DNA of 63,534 bases, counting the filler, from Planctomycetota bacterium (GTDB taxonomy: Bacteria > Planctomycetota > Planctomycetia > JALXBF01): NCBI GenBank assembly GCA_026991575.1. It is 6 parts of 6 records of this genome, joined end to end, with 100 filler letters (N's around TTAATTAATTAA, not from the genome) between each part and the next. Parts side by side here need not be neighbours in the genome. Positions count along the whole stretch, not along the records: positions 1 to 25,205 come from JALXBF010000031.1; 5 more parts are not named here. The stretch is one strand, 5' to 3'. The position numbers were made by a program, and so were the translations under genes. This document shows, one piece after another, positions 9,394 to 20,591 of the stretch (position 1 is the stretch's first letter; each line of letters opens with the position of its first letter). The notes under the pieces are model-generated. The model saw only the letters and a program-made list of their open reading frames with translations, searched no databases and was not told where the DNA came from.

Positions 9394-12276
9394 ATGCGTG
9401 GTTTGCTGCGTGCAGGGAGTTTGTTGGGAGTTGCGGTGGCCGTTGTCTCGTATGGCGCGGCCGTTGGTGTCGGTGGCGAGGGAAGAGACGTGACCGAAAG
9501 CGTCGAGCAACGCATCCCGGATTTGAAGGTCGAACGGTACACACTGCCGAACGGCTTGCAGGTCATCCTGCACGAGGACCATTCCGTGCCGATCGTGGCC
9601 GTGAACCTCTGGTATCACGTCGGTTCGAAGAACGAGCGGCCTGGTCGTACGGGCTTTGCCCATCTGTTCGAGCATTTGATGTTCCAGGGATCGAAACACC
9701 ACGATGATGACTACTTCAAACCGCTTCAAGCGGTAGGCGGCTCGCTGAATGGCTCCACGACGTTCGACAGGACGAACTACTGGGAGGTGGTGCCGTCGAA
9801 TTGCCTCGAGTTGGCCCTGTGGTTGGAAGCGGATCGGATGGGCTTTCTGTTGCCTGCGTTGACGACGGAGCGGTTCGAAAACCAGCGTGCTGTGGTCAAG
9901 AACGAACGGCGCCAGCGGTATGAGAACCAGCCGTATGGACTGGCTGCCGAAGTGTTGTCTGCGGCCATGTACCCGCCGAACCATCCGTACCACTGGCCAG
10001 TGATCGGCTACATGAAGGACCTGGACGCGGCGACGCGCGACGACGCTGCCGAGTTTTTCCTGAAGTACTACCACCCCGGGAACGCGAGTCTGTGTATTGC
10101 GGGCGACTTTGATCCGGAGGAGGCGAAACGGCTGGTTGAGCGGTACTTTGGGCCGATTCCCCCCGGACCTGAGGTGCCCCGCTACGGCCCGTGGGTGCCT
10201 GAGATCACCGAGGAACGCCGCGTGGTCATGCACGACCGGGTAGCATTGCCGCGTATCTACATCGCGTGGCACACCGTGCCCTACTTTGCCGAGGACGATG
10301 CCGCGCTCGACATGCTGGCCAGCGTGCTTTCGGCCGGCAAGTCGGCCCGCTTGTACCGGTCGCTCGTTCACGAAAAGCAGCTTGCCGCTGAGGTGATGGC
10401 GTTCCAGGAATCGCGCGAGATTGCCGGCCGTTTCCTGGTCATTGCCAGCCCGCGGCCCGGCCACTCGCTGGAGGAGCTCGAAGAGGCAATCCTTGAGGAG
10501 ATCCGGAAGCTCCAACAGCAGCCCCCCTCGGTCGAAGAGCTGGAACGAGCCGTCAACATCTTTGAGGCCCGCTTCGTCCGTTCCTTTGAGGCCGTGGGTG
10601 GTTTCGGTGGCAAGGCCGACCAACTCAACGCCTACAACGTCTTCCTCGGTGATCCGCTCGCCTACAAGAAGGACTTTGCCCGCTACCTGAAGGTTACCCC
10701 CCACGACGTCCAACGCGTTGCGCGCCGTTACTTGAGTAAGCCTCGGGTCGTGCTCACGATCCTTCCCGGGTCCGAACGGACCGAGCCGCGGTACGTGAAG
10801 GGAAGCCCGCCTGCACGGGAGGTTCCGCCGCCGGGAGCGGTACCAGAAGAGCCCACGGTGACGGGTGAACGAGAAGTCGAGGATCGCATTGACCGGAGCC
10901 GTATGCCGGAACCAGGGCCGACTCCCGCATTCTCCGTGCCCCCGATCCATCGCTTCACGCTGGACAACGGGATCCAAGTGCTGCTGATGGAACATCATGA
11001 GTTGCCACTTCTATCGCTTGGCCTGATCTTCCGGGGGGGCAGTGCCGATGATCCTCCTGACAAGCCGGGGCTGTCCGACGCACTGGCAGCGATGCTGGAC
11101 GAAGGGACCGAGCAACGGTCTTCGTTAGAGATTGCCGAGGAGCTGGCTGGCATTGGCGCAACGTTTAGCGTCTCGGCGGGGACGCATTTCTTCACGGTCC
11201 GCCTGGGCACGTTGAAGCGTCAGCTGCACCGTGCCATGGACGTGCTCGCCGACGTGCTCCAGAACCCGGTGTTCCCGCAGGCTGAGCTGGAACGGCAGCG
11301 CGCGCTGGCTATCGCCAGCTTGATGCGGCTGCGGGATAACCCGAACGCGCTTGCAAGTCTGGCCTTTGCCCAGGAGCTCTTCGGACCCGAACACCCTTAC
11401 GGCAGGCCGAACATGGGCACGATCAGCTCGTGGCGAAGCTTTACCCGCGAGGACCTGATCACGCTGTACCGCAGGCGGGTGCGGCCTGAGCGTGCAACCA
11501 TTGTGGTCGTGGGCGATACGACGGTGGAGGAGGCACGGGAGTTCTTGAACCGGTATCTGGGCAAGTGGCGCCAGGACGGTGAACCAGAGGAGCTAGCCGC
11601 GGTGCCGACGCCCGAAGAGAAGCCGCTGCACGTGTTGCTGGTGAACAAGCCCGGTTCGGCACAGTCGGTCATCCGCATGGGACACCTGGCACCGCCCCGG
11701 ACGTCGCCGGACTACTACGCGCTACGTGTCATGAATACGGTCTTCGGCGGCCAGTTCTCCAGTCGGTTGAACATGAACCTGCGTGAGGACAAGGGCTTCA
11801 CCTACGGGGCCCGCAGCAATTTTGTGTGGCGGCTTGGTCCGAGCTACTTCGATGCTGCCGCTGCTGTGGCCACGGACGTCACGGCCCCTGCGTTGGTGGA
11901 GTTCTTCCGAGAGTTCGACCGTCTTGTCCGGAGCGACCCTCCGACGGACCAGGAGGTCTCCTTTGCGAAGAACTACATCATCAACGGCTATCCGAGTGGC
12001 TTCGAGACCACCGGTGACCTAGCGGCCAAGCTGGCGTTGCTCGTCCGGTTCGGTTTGCCGGACGACTACTTCAACACGTTCATTCCGAAGATCCAGGAGG
12101 TCACCGTCGACGACGTGCGTCGCGTGGCCCGCCAGTACATCCGCCCGGATCGCCTGACGGTGATCGTCGTAGGGGACCGGGAGCGGATTGCATCGGGGGT
12201 CCAGGAGGCGGTCGGCGAGCGCCCCGTCCGTGCCGCGACGATTGACGAGGAGTTCCGCCTCCAACCGCTGCCGTAG
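9394..12276 (+). CDS. M16 family zinc peptidase (pitrilysin/PqqL-like, two halves fused)
   Basis: Inverted zinc motif HLFEH, NGST..DRTNY and SSRLNMNLREDKGFTYG. Signal-peptide-like start at 9394. Confidence 0.92.
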   Translation: MRGLLRAGSLLGVAVAVVSYGAAVGVGGEGRDVTESVEQRIPDLKVERYTLPNGLQVILHEDHSVPIVAVNLWYHVGSKNERPGRTGFAHLFEHLMFQGSKHHDDDYFKPLQAVGGSLNGSTTFDRTNYWEVVPSNCLELALWLEADRMGFLLPALTTERFENQRAVVKNERRQRYENQPYGLAAEVLSAAMYPPNHPYHWPVIGYMKDLDAATRDDAAEFFLKYYHPGNASLCIAGDFDPEEAKRLVERYFGPIPPGPEVPRYGPWVPEITEERRVVMHDRVALPRIYIAWHTVPYFAEDDAALDMLASVLSAGKSARLYRSLVHEKQLAAEVMAFQESREIAGRFLVIASPRPGHSLEELEEAILEEIRKLQQQPPSVEELERAVNIFEARFVRSFEAVGGFGGKADQLNAYNVFLGDPLAYKKDFARYLKVTPHDVQRVARRYLSKPRVVLTILPGSERTEPRYVKGSPPAREVPPPGAVPEEPTVTGEREVEDRIDRSRMPEPGPTPAFSVPPIHRFTLDNGIQVLLMEHHELPLLSLGLIFRGGSADDPPDKPGLSDALAAMLDEGTEQRSSLEIAEELAGIGATFSVSAGTHFFTVRLGTLKRQLHRAMDVLADVLQNPVFPQAELERQRALAIASLMRLRDNPNALASLAFAQELFGPEHPYGRPNMGTISSWRSFTREDLITLYRRRVRPERATIVVVGDTTVEEAREFLNRYLGKWRQDGEPEELAAVPTPEEKPLHVLLVNKPGSAQSVIRMGHLAPPRTSPDYYALRVMNTVFGGQFSSRLNMNLREDKGFTYGARSNFVWRLGPSYFDAAAAVATDVTAPALVEFFREFDRLVRSDPPTDQEVSFAKNYIINGYPSGFETTGDLAAKLALLVRFGLPDDYFNTFIPKIQEVTVDDVRRVARQYIRPDRLTVIVVGDRERIASGVQEAVGERPVRAATIDEEFRLQPLP

Positions 12277-12362
12277 GCTCTGCAGCGCCCCGGGGCCGCA
12301 GGGCCCGGGTTGGCCTCATGGTGCCGGCTCGCCGGGCTCCACGCCACGGAGCGCTCCGCTGT

Positions 12363-13175
12363 TCATGCGCTCGCGCCGCGGTACGCCAGCAGGACGCGGC
12401 GGAAGACGAACCGCGACAGAGCAAACGCGGCCCCCGCAGCGACGGTGGCGATCAACAGACCCTGCACGCTGATCACCCGGTGTGCTAGCACCCGCGCCGG
12501 AACGCTGACCACCACAAGCACGGGGAACACGTACGTCAGCACCGTCCGAAGCGGCTTGGCCCACGTGCCAGTGAAGATTTCGGGCGGATAGCGTGCGAAC
12601 AGGTTCACGTAGAACCATTGCTCCCAGATACTCTGGTTCCGCACCAGGTACACGGCCGAGATAGCCAGCATGCTGAGCACGCTGTAGAAGAACACGAACG
12701 CACAGAAGATGCCCCAGCAGTACGCGGCCACTTCTGCCGCGGTTGGCCAGTGTTCGAGCCGAAACAGCGAGTAAGCCACCATGCCGCCGCCGTACAGCAA
12801 GTTGGATGCGTTGGCCCAGTCCAAGCGGGGCAGAGTCAGGATGAACTGCTCGTCCACCGGTTTCACCAACGCGTGATCCAGGTTGCCGGTGCGTACCTGT
12901 TCGGCCAATTCGGCGCAGTTGGGCATGACCAGCGTGTCGATCAGTCCGGTGACCAGGAAGAACGTCCCGATCAGCACCATGTACTGGAACTGCGTCCAGC
13001 CGCCGACGTGGGCGGTCTGTCCGTAGATGATGTCGTAGAACAGCACGAGCAGACAGAACCACAGGAACTCAACGGCTGCACGCATCAGGAAATTGCCGCG
13101 AAAGGACAGCTCCCGCGCCAGCGTGCAGCGGACGAAGGCAAGATACAGCTTGGCGTATCGGCGTAGCGTTCGCAT
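12363..13175 (-). CDS. ABC-2 type transporter permease
   Basis: About six TM helices with VRTGNLDHALVKPVD and FARYPPEIF motifs, in an operon with an ABC ATPase. Confidence 0.85.
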   Translation of the reverse strand: MRTLRRYAKLYLAFVRCTLARELSFRGNFLMRAAVEFLWFCLLVLFYDIIYGQTAHVGGWTQFQYMVLIGTFFLVTGLIDTLVMPNCAELAEQVRTGNLDHALVKPVDEQFILTLPRLDWANASNLLYGGGMVAYSLFRLEHWPTAAEVAAYCWGIFCAFVFFYSVLSMLAISAVYLVRNQSIWEQWFYVNLFARYPPEIFTGTWAKPLRTVLTYVFPVLVVVSVPARVLAHRVISVQGLLIATVAAGAAFALSRFVFRRVLLAYRGASA

Positions 13176-13206
13176 CGGTTCTGGGTGACGTCGCTGCCTG
13201 GAGGGT

Positions 13207-14058
13207 TCATCCTCCGAAGGCCGTGTATCGCCGCAGGCCGCGGCGTAGCAGAATGCGGCTGAGGCAGATCATGGCAGCAACCCAGGCGGCCTGGACGAGC
13301 AACCCGGCGAGCACCGTTTCCATCGAGGTCTTCTGGAGCCAGACGGTCGCCGGGAAGTATGCCAGGTACTGGAATGGCAGTGCCCAGGCTACGGCCCGCA
13401 CTGCCGAGGGCAGCAGCTCCAGCGGGATCATGTGTCCCGAGAAGAAGTAGTTGACACCCATCATGATGTAGAGGACGCCGGAGATTTCCAGGAACCAGAA
13501 CGCCAGCATACCTAGCGAGGCTTCCAGGTAGAAGCCGAGCAGGAACGCAAGAACCAGCGCAGCAATCCCACAAGCGAAGCGCCCTGGCGTTGGCCAGCCG
13601 GGCAAGTAGCTGCCGCAGAGCGTAAAGAGCACGACGAACGGAACCGCGGCGATCAGGTAGTAGACGAGCTTGTGCGCAACGCGGCAGGCGAGCAGGTAGC
13701 CGAGCAGGTCGATCGGTTGTAGCAGGAACCGGCGAATGGTGCCTTCGCGAATCTCACGCGCGATCCCCATGGCCAGGCCGGGCATGCTCGAGAACGCACG
13801 GCCCAGCGTGGTGAACAGGTAGTAAGCCACCACGTCCTCGAACCGGTATCCTGCCAGTTCGCTCCGGCCGGATCCGGCAAAAACGGCCTGCCACAGCAGG
13901 ATGGTCGTTGCGATTGGGGCAAAGCGGAGCAGGGTGGCGATGAAGAAGTCCGTCCGGTACACGAACCGTTCGCTGATTGCGGTCACTAGCACCGCGCGGT
14001 ATTTGGACCAGCGTGAAAGCCGCCGCCTGCTGCTTCCCGGTGCGATCGGCGCGCTCAT
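13207..14058 (-). CDS. ABC-2 type transporter permease
   Basis: Hydrophobic helices with IREGTIRRFLLQP and FSGHMIPLELLP...LPFQY motifs. Confidence 0.85.
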   Translation of the reverse strand: MSAPIAPGSSRRRLSRWSKYRAVLVTAISERFVYRTDFFIATLLRFAPIATTILLWQAVFAGSGRSELAGYRFEDVVAYYLFTTLGRAFSSMPGLAMGIAREIREGTIRRFLLQPIDLLGYLLACRVAHKLVYYLIAAVPFVVLFTLCGSYLPGWPTPGRFACGIAALVLAFLLGFYLEASLGMLAFWFLEISGVLYIMMGVNYFFSGHMIPLELLPSAVRAVAWALPFQYLAYFPATVWLQKTSMETVLAGLLVQAAWVAAMICLSRILLRRGLRRYTAFGG

Positions 14059-14062
14059 TGCC

Positions 14063-15115
14063 CTAGTGTCCTCCGTCCGCGGCCGGTCGGACCGTCTGCG
14101 GCTCGCGCGATTCGGTCGGCGGAGCCGTTGTGGTGAAGACGTCCGTGATGATTTCCTCCAGCGGCGGATCCTCGACGCTGATGTCGTCCAGTTGCCAGTG
14201 GGCGAGTAGCCCTTGCAGCAACCGGGAGACCTGGTCCCGCTCGACTCGCAGCTTCACCAGCGGTGGGCGGTGTTCGAGCACTTCGATCGAGCCGTTCCAG
14301 GTCTCTGGGCCGGGGGTGCCTGCGGCCGTGTGGAACTGAAGCCGCAAGACCTTGTGACGCCCAAACCGCTCCACTACCCCCTGCAGGCCTCCGTCATAAA
14401 CGATGCGGCCGGCGTTGATGACGATGATACGCTGGCATAGTTCCTCAACGTCGCGCATGTAGTGGCTGGTCAGTAGGATGGTCGTGCCGTAACGCCGGTT
14501 GAACTGTCGGAGGCAGTCCAGGATCGCGGCTTGAGCGACGACGTCGAGCCCCAGCGTCGGCTCATCGAGCAGCACCAGCCGAGGAGCGTGAAGGAAAGCG
14601 CCGATTAACTCCATCTTCATCCGCTCCCCGAGCGACAGCTCGCGCACCGGCTGATGGATCAGCTTGCCCACCTGCAGCGCTTCGGTCAATTCACGCAGGC
14701 GTTGTTGGAAATCGCCCGGGGGGATCTCGTAAAGCTCACGATGCAGCTGGAACGATTCGATCGCAGGCAAGTCCCACCAGAGCTGGTTCCGTTGGCCCAT
14801 GACCAGCGCAAACTGGCGGCGGAACGCGTTGTGCCGCTCCCAGGGCACGAAACCGAGCACGGTGGCCCGGCCGGCCGTGGGGTACAGGAGCCCCGCGAGC
14901 ATCTTCAGCGTTGTGGTCTTGCCGGCGCCGTTAGGACCGAGGAAGCCGACAATCTCGCCGGCTCGCACCTGGAAGGACACTCCGTCCACCGCACGGACCA
15001 ACCGGTACTCCCTGCGGAACAGGCCGCGGACCGCGGCCCAGAAACCCGCTCTCTTGCGGTAGACCTTGAAGTGTCTTGTCAAGCCCTCTGCGTCGATGAC
15101 AGTTTCGTCGCGCAT
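14063..15115 (-). CDS. ABC transporter ATP-binding protein
   Basis: Walker A GPNGAGKTT, signature LSLGERM, Walker B LLDEPT and H-loop TSH. Confidence 0.95.
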   Translation of the reverse strand: MRDETVIDAEGLTRHFKVYRKRAGFWAAVRGLFRREYRLVRAVDGVSFQVRAGEIVGFLGPNGAGKTTTLKMLAGLLYPTAGRATVLGFVPWERHNAFRRQFALVMGQRNQLWWDLPAIESFQLHRELYEIPPGDFQQRLRELTEALQVGKLIHQPVRELSLGERMKMELIGAFLHAPRLVLLDEPTLGLDVVAQAAILDCLRQFNRRYGTTILLTSHYMRDVEELCQRIIVINAGRIVYDGGLQGVVERFGRHKVLRLQFHTAAGTPGPETWNGSIEVLEHRPPLVKLRVERDQVSRLLQGLLAHWQLDDISVEDPPLEEIITDVFTTTAPPTESREPQTVRPAADGGH

Positions 15116-15127
15116 CGTGGCTGTCGT

Positions 15128-15934
15128 CTAGCGCTGCGGAGCGTCCAGCTCCTTGGGAACCGGCCAGGTAACCGGACGGCGAGCTGCCCACTGGATCGAG
15201 CGGATCATCAGCGTCTGAAAGCCCTTGCTCTTCATCGCATGGACGTCGTGGCCGAGCATGTTCGCAACCACGCGGCCTCGGCCATACCGCTTCACCCATA
15301 CCATCGGTTCGTGCTTGCCGGTGCCCTCCGGCAGGGAAGGATCTGAGTAAGCAGTGCACAACACCTCGTTCTCGGGGAACATGACCGAGTTCTGGTACAG
15401 TTCGTCCACCTCGTGCCGGAAGCTCTTCGGGAAGCCACGCGTGATCGGATGTTCTCGATTAACGACCGTCACGGTGAACTGGTGCTTCGGGCCGTGGTAG
15501 CCCTGACCACGCCAACCCCCGGCGATGCACCGTTCGAACTCGTACCAGCCGATGAAGGCCGAGGTGGCATGGTGGTAGGCGATCAGGCCACGGCCGCTAC
15601 GGACCGCTGCCAGAAACGCCGCCTTGTTTCCGTCAGACCAGCGTGTTTCCGGTTTCCCGCGGGGAGTGTCCTTGTAGTTCAGCAGCAGCACATCGTAGCG
15701 CCGCAGGTTCTGAATGGTAAGATCCCGCGCCGGCGTTGTCGTGACGTCGACCTGGATCAACTCGCTCGGCAGGAACTCCCGAAAGTACGCGGTCGTGGCC
15801 TGCCAGTTGTGGCCGTGGTCTCCGGTGATGATCAGCAGCTTGATCCTGCCCGGTTCGGTGCCCCGGCCTCGACCTGCGAGCACCAGCGCGGCGAAAACGA
15901 CGCACAGACCAATGGCACGCAACCAAGTTCTCAT
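15128..15934 (-). CDS. ThuA-like domain protein, secreted
   Basis: Signal peptide; GDHGHNW, DELY and GRGRVVANMLGHD are typical of the ThuA family. Confidence 0.8.
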   Translation of the reverse strand: MRTWLRAIGLCVVFAALVLAGRGRGTEPGRIKLLIITGDHGHNWQATTAYFREFLPSELIQVDVTTTPARDLTIQNLRRYDVLLLNYKDTPRGKPETRWSDGNKAAFLAAVRSGRGLIAYHHATSAFIGWYEFERCIAGGWRGQGYHGPKHQFTVTVVNREHPITRGFPKSFRHEVDELYQNSVMFPENEVLCTAYSDPSLPEGTGKHEPMVWVKRYGRGRVVANMLGHDVHAMKSKGFQTLMIRSIQWAARRPVTWPVPKELDAPQR

Positions 15935-16083
15935 GGTCCAGCTCCTTCCAGCCAGGGTTCGGCTTTGCTACTGCGACCGACGCGGAGCCGTGCCGCTGCT
16001 ACTGAGGTTGGCCAGCGCGGTGCAGGGAGAGCCGTGAAGCGGGACAAGCCCGGCGCCGTGGCCGGGCGCGGCGACCGCAAGAT

Positions 16084-16860
16084 CTATCGATCAAGATACA
16101 GCAAGCGGCCGCAGGAAGAGCACAAGACCCACTCACCGGCATGCAGCTGCATGCCAATCTGGGGGGGCAGCGTGCTATAACATCCCAGGCAGACGAACGT
16201 CAGATCTTCACGCTCCTCGACGGTTGCGATAGCGTCGGCCCCCTTCTGGCGCACCAGACGCTGGTATGTCTCACGCAACTCGGGCGGGGATTTCGGAATC
16301 TGCTGCTCCACACGCGCCAGCTCTTGCTCGGCCTGCTTCAACGCCTGCTCGTACTGGGCAATCTTCTCGGAAGTCTCGGCTTCAAACTGGGCGACTTCCT
16401 GTCGTACCTGCTCCAGCTCCCGCTTCAGCTCATCGAGCCGGGCTTTCAGCTGGTCTTCCCGCTCCATGAGCTCTAGCAGTTCGTCTTCCAAGCGGCCGGC
16501 TGCCGCTTCCTGAGCCTTGCGTTCCGAAAGCAGCAGCGCGTACTCGCGGTTCGTCTTGCACTCGTGCAGCCGTCTGGTCAGTTCAGCGATCCGTTGTTCT
16601 TTGGTTTTCTGGTCGATTTCCTTCAGGTCAATCTGGCGGCGGAGCTCCTTCAGTTGCTGGCGGGCCTGCTCCAACTGCTGTTCCTTCTCCGTGATTGCCT
16701 GACGACGCAGCTCACAGGTGCGCTGTGCCCGGCGAATCTTCTCCGCGGCGCGTGCCCGTTTCTGGTGCCAGCGGTGCAGACTTCTCAACACTGCCGCCGG
16801 ACTACTGTCCGCCTCAGGCTCGCTGTCGCCACGTGAGGCTGCGACCGATTCTTCTGCCAT
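16084..16860 (-). CDS. Coiled-coil protein with C-terminal C4 zinc ribbon (CT398/DUF164-like)
   Basis: Long coiled coil, KTNREY and CLGC...CSSCGRLLY; lies downstream of rpoD. Confidence 0.85.
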   Translation of the reverse strand: MAEESVAASRGDSEPEADSSPAAVLRSLHRWHQKRARAAEKIRRAQRTCELRRQAITEKEQQLEQARQQLKELRRQIDLKEIDQKTKEQRIAELTRRLHECKTNREYALLLSERKAQEAAAGRLEDELLELMEREDQLKARLDELKRELEQVRQEVAQFEAETSEKIAQYEQALKQAEQELARVEQQIPKSPPELRETYQRLVRQKGADAIATVEEREDLTFVCLGCYSTLPPQIGMQLHAGEWVLCSSCGRLLYLDR

Positions 16861-17024
16861 CGCTTCGTACCTCGCGCTGCTGTCCGCCGCCGTTCGGTTC
16901 GTTCGTTATTCTAGTGGCAGCTCTGCTCGCACGTGCGCGCCGCGGCCGCGCACCAAAGGGGCGACCGCCACCGTGCGGTAGATCGGTCGCCTGCGGCAGT
17001 TCGAATCGATCGGTCGGTGGGAGA

Positions 17025-18704
17025 CTAGGTGTCGCTGACGAGCCCGATGAACTCCTCCAGGTACCTGCTGCGCACGGGATGCTTCAGCTTGCGCACCGCT
17101 TTGGCCTCGATCTGTCGCACCCGTTCACGCGTCACCTTAAAGATCCGGCCAACCTCCTCGAGCGTGTACGAGTAGCCGTCGCCGAGGCCGTAGCGGAGTT
17201 TGATGATCTCGCGTTCGCGGAAAGTCAGCGTCTTGAGCACCTGTTCGATGCGGTCACGCAACATCTCGCGGAACGCCTTCTGCTGCGGCGACTCGGCGGA
17301 GGGATCCTCGATGAAGTCGCCGAAGTAGCTGTCTTCGCCGTCGCCTACCGGCCGATCCAGGCTCACAGGTTGCTTGGCAATCGACAGCACACGGCGGGTT
17401 TCTTCCACGGACAGATCAGCCGCCTCGGCACACTCCTCGATGGTCGGCTCGCGGCCTTTTTCCTGGTAGAGGATCCGTGAGATGTTCCGCAGGCGCGTGA
17501 TCGTCTCGATCATGTGCACCGGAATACGGATCGTGCGTGCCTGGTCCGCGATTGCTCGGGTGATCGCCTGTCGGATCCACCAGGTCGCGTACGTTGAGAA
17601 CTTGTAACCCCTGCGGTACTCGAACTTGTCCACAGCCCTCATCAACCCGGTGTTGCCTTCCTGGATCAGGTCCAAGAAGCTGAGGCCGCGGTTGCGGTAC
17701 TTCTTAGCGATCGACACGACCAGACGCAGGTTGCCTTTCGACAAGTCACGCTTGGCCTGCTCGTAGGCCGCGAACCGTTCGCGCATCTGGGCGGTGCGCC
17801 GCCGCAGCGAACCGGGCGTTTCGAGGGTCATCAGCATCAGGTCCCGCAGCTCCTTCTGAAGGTTGCCGATCTCCTCGCGCGGTGCACCCCGCTGCCGCGC
17901 GTCACGGATCAACTCAACCAGCTCGTCCATGCGGGCCGACATCTGCTGGAGCCGCTTCATCTGAGGTTGAATCTTCTGGGTGCGGATCGACAGCTCCTCG
18001 ATCAGACGCACCATCTTGAAGCGGCGGTACTGCATCTGGCGGCGTAGCTGGCGGCGCTCCTCGCGTGGCGTTCGCCGATTGATGTAGCGCCGGAAGTCGC
18101 GCTGCTGCTGATCCATGAGCTGACGAAGTGTCTTCAGGTTGTGGGGCATGCGCGCGAGGATCTGGGGTTTGTCCAGGTTCTCAGTGACCGAGATCTTGAT
18201 GTTGCGGTCAAAGGGCAGCTCGTTTTGGTGGACCTGTTCGAGGACGGTGTACACGATCCGCAGCGCGTAGAAACATTCCAAGACCTTGTGCCGGAACTTG
18301 CGCCGCGTGATTTCGATCTGACGAGCCAGCTCGATTTCTTGCCGCCGGGTCAGCAGCGGCATCTCGCCCATCTGGGCCAGATACACTCGGACCGGATCGT
18401 CACTGCGTCGGTCAATCTCCTCGTCGTCCAGCAAGGTCAGCGGTTCACCGAGCTGGGCCGAGATGTCCTCAATGCATACCTCATCTTCCTCTCCGGTTTC
18501 TGCTGCCGCCAACCGTTCCTTCGCCTCCGCTTCGCTGATCAGCTCAATCCCTTCTTCCTCCAGGGTATCGATCAATGATTCCAGTTCCTCTGGCGTGACC
18601 TCTTCGGCCGGGAGATGTTCGTTGATCGTCTCGTAGCTAAGGTAGCCCTGTTCCTTTCCCAGTTCGATCAGCTGCCGAACGATGTCGCTGTGATTGCCAG
18701 ACAT
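17025..18704 (-). CDS. rpoD: RNA polymerase primary sigma factor
   Basis: Region 1.1, DPVRVYL (1.2), [45 protein letters not shown] and region 4 [20 protein letters not shown] before ATG 18704. Confidence 0.96.
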   Translation of the reverse strand: MSGNHSDIVRQLIELGKEQGYLSYETINEHLPAEEVTPEELESLIDTLEEEGIELISEAEAKERLAAAETGEEDEVCIEDISAQLGEPLTLLDDEEIDRRSDDPVRVYLAQMGEMPLLTRRQEIELARQIEITRRKFRHKVLECFYALRIVYTVLEQVHQNELPFDRNIKISVTENLDKPQILARMPHNLKTLRQLMDQQQRDFRRYINRRTPREERRQLRRQMQYRRFKMVRLIEELSIRTQKIQPQMKRLQQMSARMDELVELIRDARQRGAPREEIGNLQKELRDLMLMTLETPGSLRRRTAQMRERFAAYEQAKRDLSKGNLRLVVSIAKKYRNRGLSFLDLIQEGNTGLMRAVDKFEYRRGYKFSTYATWWIRQAITRAIADQARTIRIPVHMIETITRLRNISRILYQEKGREPTIEECAEAADLSVEETRRVLSIAKQPVSLDRPVGDGEDSYFGDFIEDPSAESPQQKAFREMLRDRIEQVLKTLTFREREIIKLRYGLGDGYSYTLEEVGRIFKVTRERVRQIEAKAVRKLKHPVRSRYLEEFIGLVSDT

Positions 18705-18725
18705 ACAGGTCCTCCTCACCGTGGC

Positions 18726-20591
18726 TCATTTGGCCGAGCGGGCGGCTCGCTGATGCCGGGCACGGGTCAGCTCCGCCAGTCGCTGCAGCAGCTCCCGCTC
18801 CCGGGCATCGTCGCCCCGGGCCCCTTCAAGGGCGGCATGCAGCGTAGCCGCTTCCCGGTCCAACTCACGCTCCTCCATGCGTCGCACGACGTCACGCAGC
18901 CAGGACTCGACGGGCTGCTCGCGCGCAAGCTGCGCGCCCAGCTCCGCCAACCGTTGCAACTCCAACAGCGGTTCTGTCTCGTTGATCTGCCAGCACAACC
19001 GCTCCAACGTGACCTCTTCGCCCGAACGCCACAACTGGTAGCAGACCGAAAGCATCTGGCGCAACCAGGGATCCCGCACCAGATCGACCGGAATCTGATC
19101 TACCAACAGCTCCAGCGCACGCGGCCAGACCAGAACCAGAGCAAGCAGCTCCCTTTCCAGCGGGTCGGCCATTCGGGGCGGTCCACCAGGGGCCGGCTCG
19201 GCCGTAGATTCCTGACGACGCGGCGTGCGGTTTGCCCGCGGGCGCAATGTGTGCCAGCGAGCCACAACCGTATCGCGACTCAACCGCAACGCCTCAGCCA
19301 CACGATCCAACAGCAGCGATTCCTGTGCCGTCAGCGTCGATGGCCGACCCCGCTCGGCAAGCGGCGCGAGCACATAGTCCAATGCCGCCCGTTTGCCGGA
19401 GAGACTGCTTAGGTCGAACCGCTCGCCAGCGCGTGCAATGCGGAACTCCAACGGGTCGCGCGCGTCATCGAGGATCCTTTCCAGGCTCTCAAGCCCGTGC
19501 GCAGCCACGAAATCGGCCGGGTCCACACCCGCTGGCAAGACCGCGACACGCACGTCGAATTCCGTCTCAGCAAGCAGACCGATGGCCCGGTCCGCGGCCC
19601 GTAAGCCAGCTTCATCTCCGTCAAAGAGCAGCACGGCTGAGTCACCGAAGCGGCGCAACAGCTTGATATGCTCGACCGTCAGCGCCGTACCTAACGTGCC
19701 CACGACGCCGACCAGGCCGGCCTGCACCAGGCTCATGCAATCGGTATACCCTTCCACCACGACGAACCGGCGCTGGCCACTTCGCCGCTGCGTCAACAGC
19801 TGACGGCGCGCCAGGTCTAAGCCATATAGGGTTCGTCCCTTAGAGAAGATCGCCGTTTCCGGTGAGTTCAAGTACTTGGGACTCTCGGGAGTCTCGTACT
19901 CAGGGAGCACGCGCGCGCCAAAGGCGACAGGACGCCCCTGCGTGTCGAAGATTGGAAACATGACGCGGCCGCGGAAGTAGTCGTAATAGCCCCCGTCCCG
20001 CCTGGCTCGCAGTAACCCGGCACGGGCAAGAAGCGCCAGGTCCATGCCGGCTGCGCGCGCCCGGTCTGCCAACCAAGACCACTGGTTCGGGGCAAAGCCG
20101 ATGCGGAACTCACGCAATGTCTGCGTCGTGTAGCCACGTTGCTGCAGATAGGCTCGTGCTTGCTCTCCCGCTGCCGGCTGCCACAGCGCTGCAACGAACT
20201 GATCCATCGCCCAGCGGACCGCCTCGAAGAGCTGCTCTGCGACGCGGTCACCGGCACCAGATCGGCGGCCGACCGTGCTCAAGCGCACACCGGCCCGCTC
20301 GGCCAGCCGCTCCAACGCCTCGCGAAAGGAGACCTTCTCCATAGCCATCACAAAGGAGAAGATGTCACCGACCGCGCCACAGGCCCAACAGCGGTACCGC
20401 TGCCGCTCCGGGTCAACATCCAGCGAAGGACGATGATCATCATGAAAAGGGCATAGGCCGACGAAAATACGCCCGCGCCGCCGCAGGGCTACGTAATCAC
20501 CGACCAGATCAACGATGGAGAGGGTGTCTTTGATCGCTTTGACGGCGCTCGTATCGAAACGGGTCACCGGAGTCCCCACCGCATCCAGCAT
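18726..20591 (-). CDS. dnaG: DNA primase
   Basis: Zinc finger CPFHDD...CWAC, PKYLNSPET, TOPRIM VVEGYTD and FDGDEAG. Start uncertain (20591 or 20567). Confidence 0.95.
   Translation of the reverse strand: MLDAVGTPVTRFDTSAVKAIKDTLSIVDLVGDYVALRRRGRIFVGLCPFHDDHRPSLDVDPERQRYRCWACGAVGDIFSFVMAMEKVSFREALERLAERAGVRLSTVGRRSGAGDRVAEQLFEAVRWAMDQFVAALWQPAAGEQARAYLQQRGYTTQTLREFRIGFAPNQWSWLADRARAAGMDLALLARAGLLRARRDGGYYDYFRGRVMFPIFDTQGRPVAFGARVLPEYETPESPKYLNSPETAIFSKGRTLYGLDLARRQLLTQRRSGQRRFVVVEGYTDCMSLVQAGLVGVVGTLGTALTVEHIKLLRRFGDSAVLLFDGDEAGLRAADRAIGLLAETEFDVRVAVLPAGVDPADFVAAHGLESLERILDDARDPLEFRIARAGERFDLSSLSGKRAALDYVLAPLAERGRPSTLTAQESLLLDRVAEALRLSRDTVVARWHTLRPRANRTPRRQESTAEPAPGGPPRMADPLERELLALVLVWPRALELLVDQIPVDLVRDPWLRQMLSVCYQLWRSGEEVTLERLCWQINETEPLLELQRLAELGAQLAREQPVESWLRDVVRRMEERELDREAATLHAALEGARGDDARERELLQRLAELTRARHQRAARSAK

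Noticed and set aside
9145..10998. 617-aa minus-strand ORF
   Set aside because: Antisense shadow of the M16 peptidase with no motifs, as expected in high-GC DNA.
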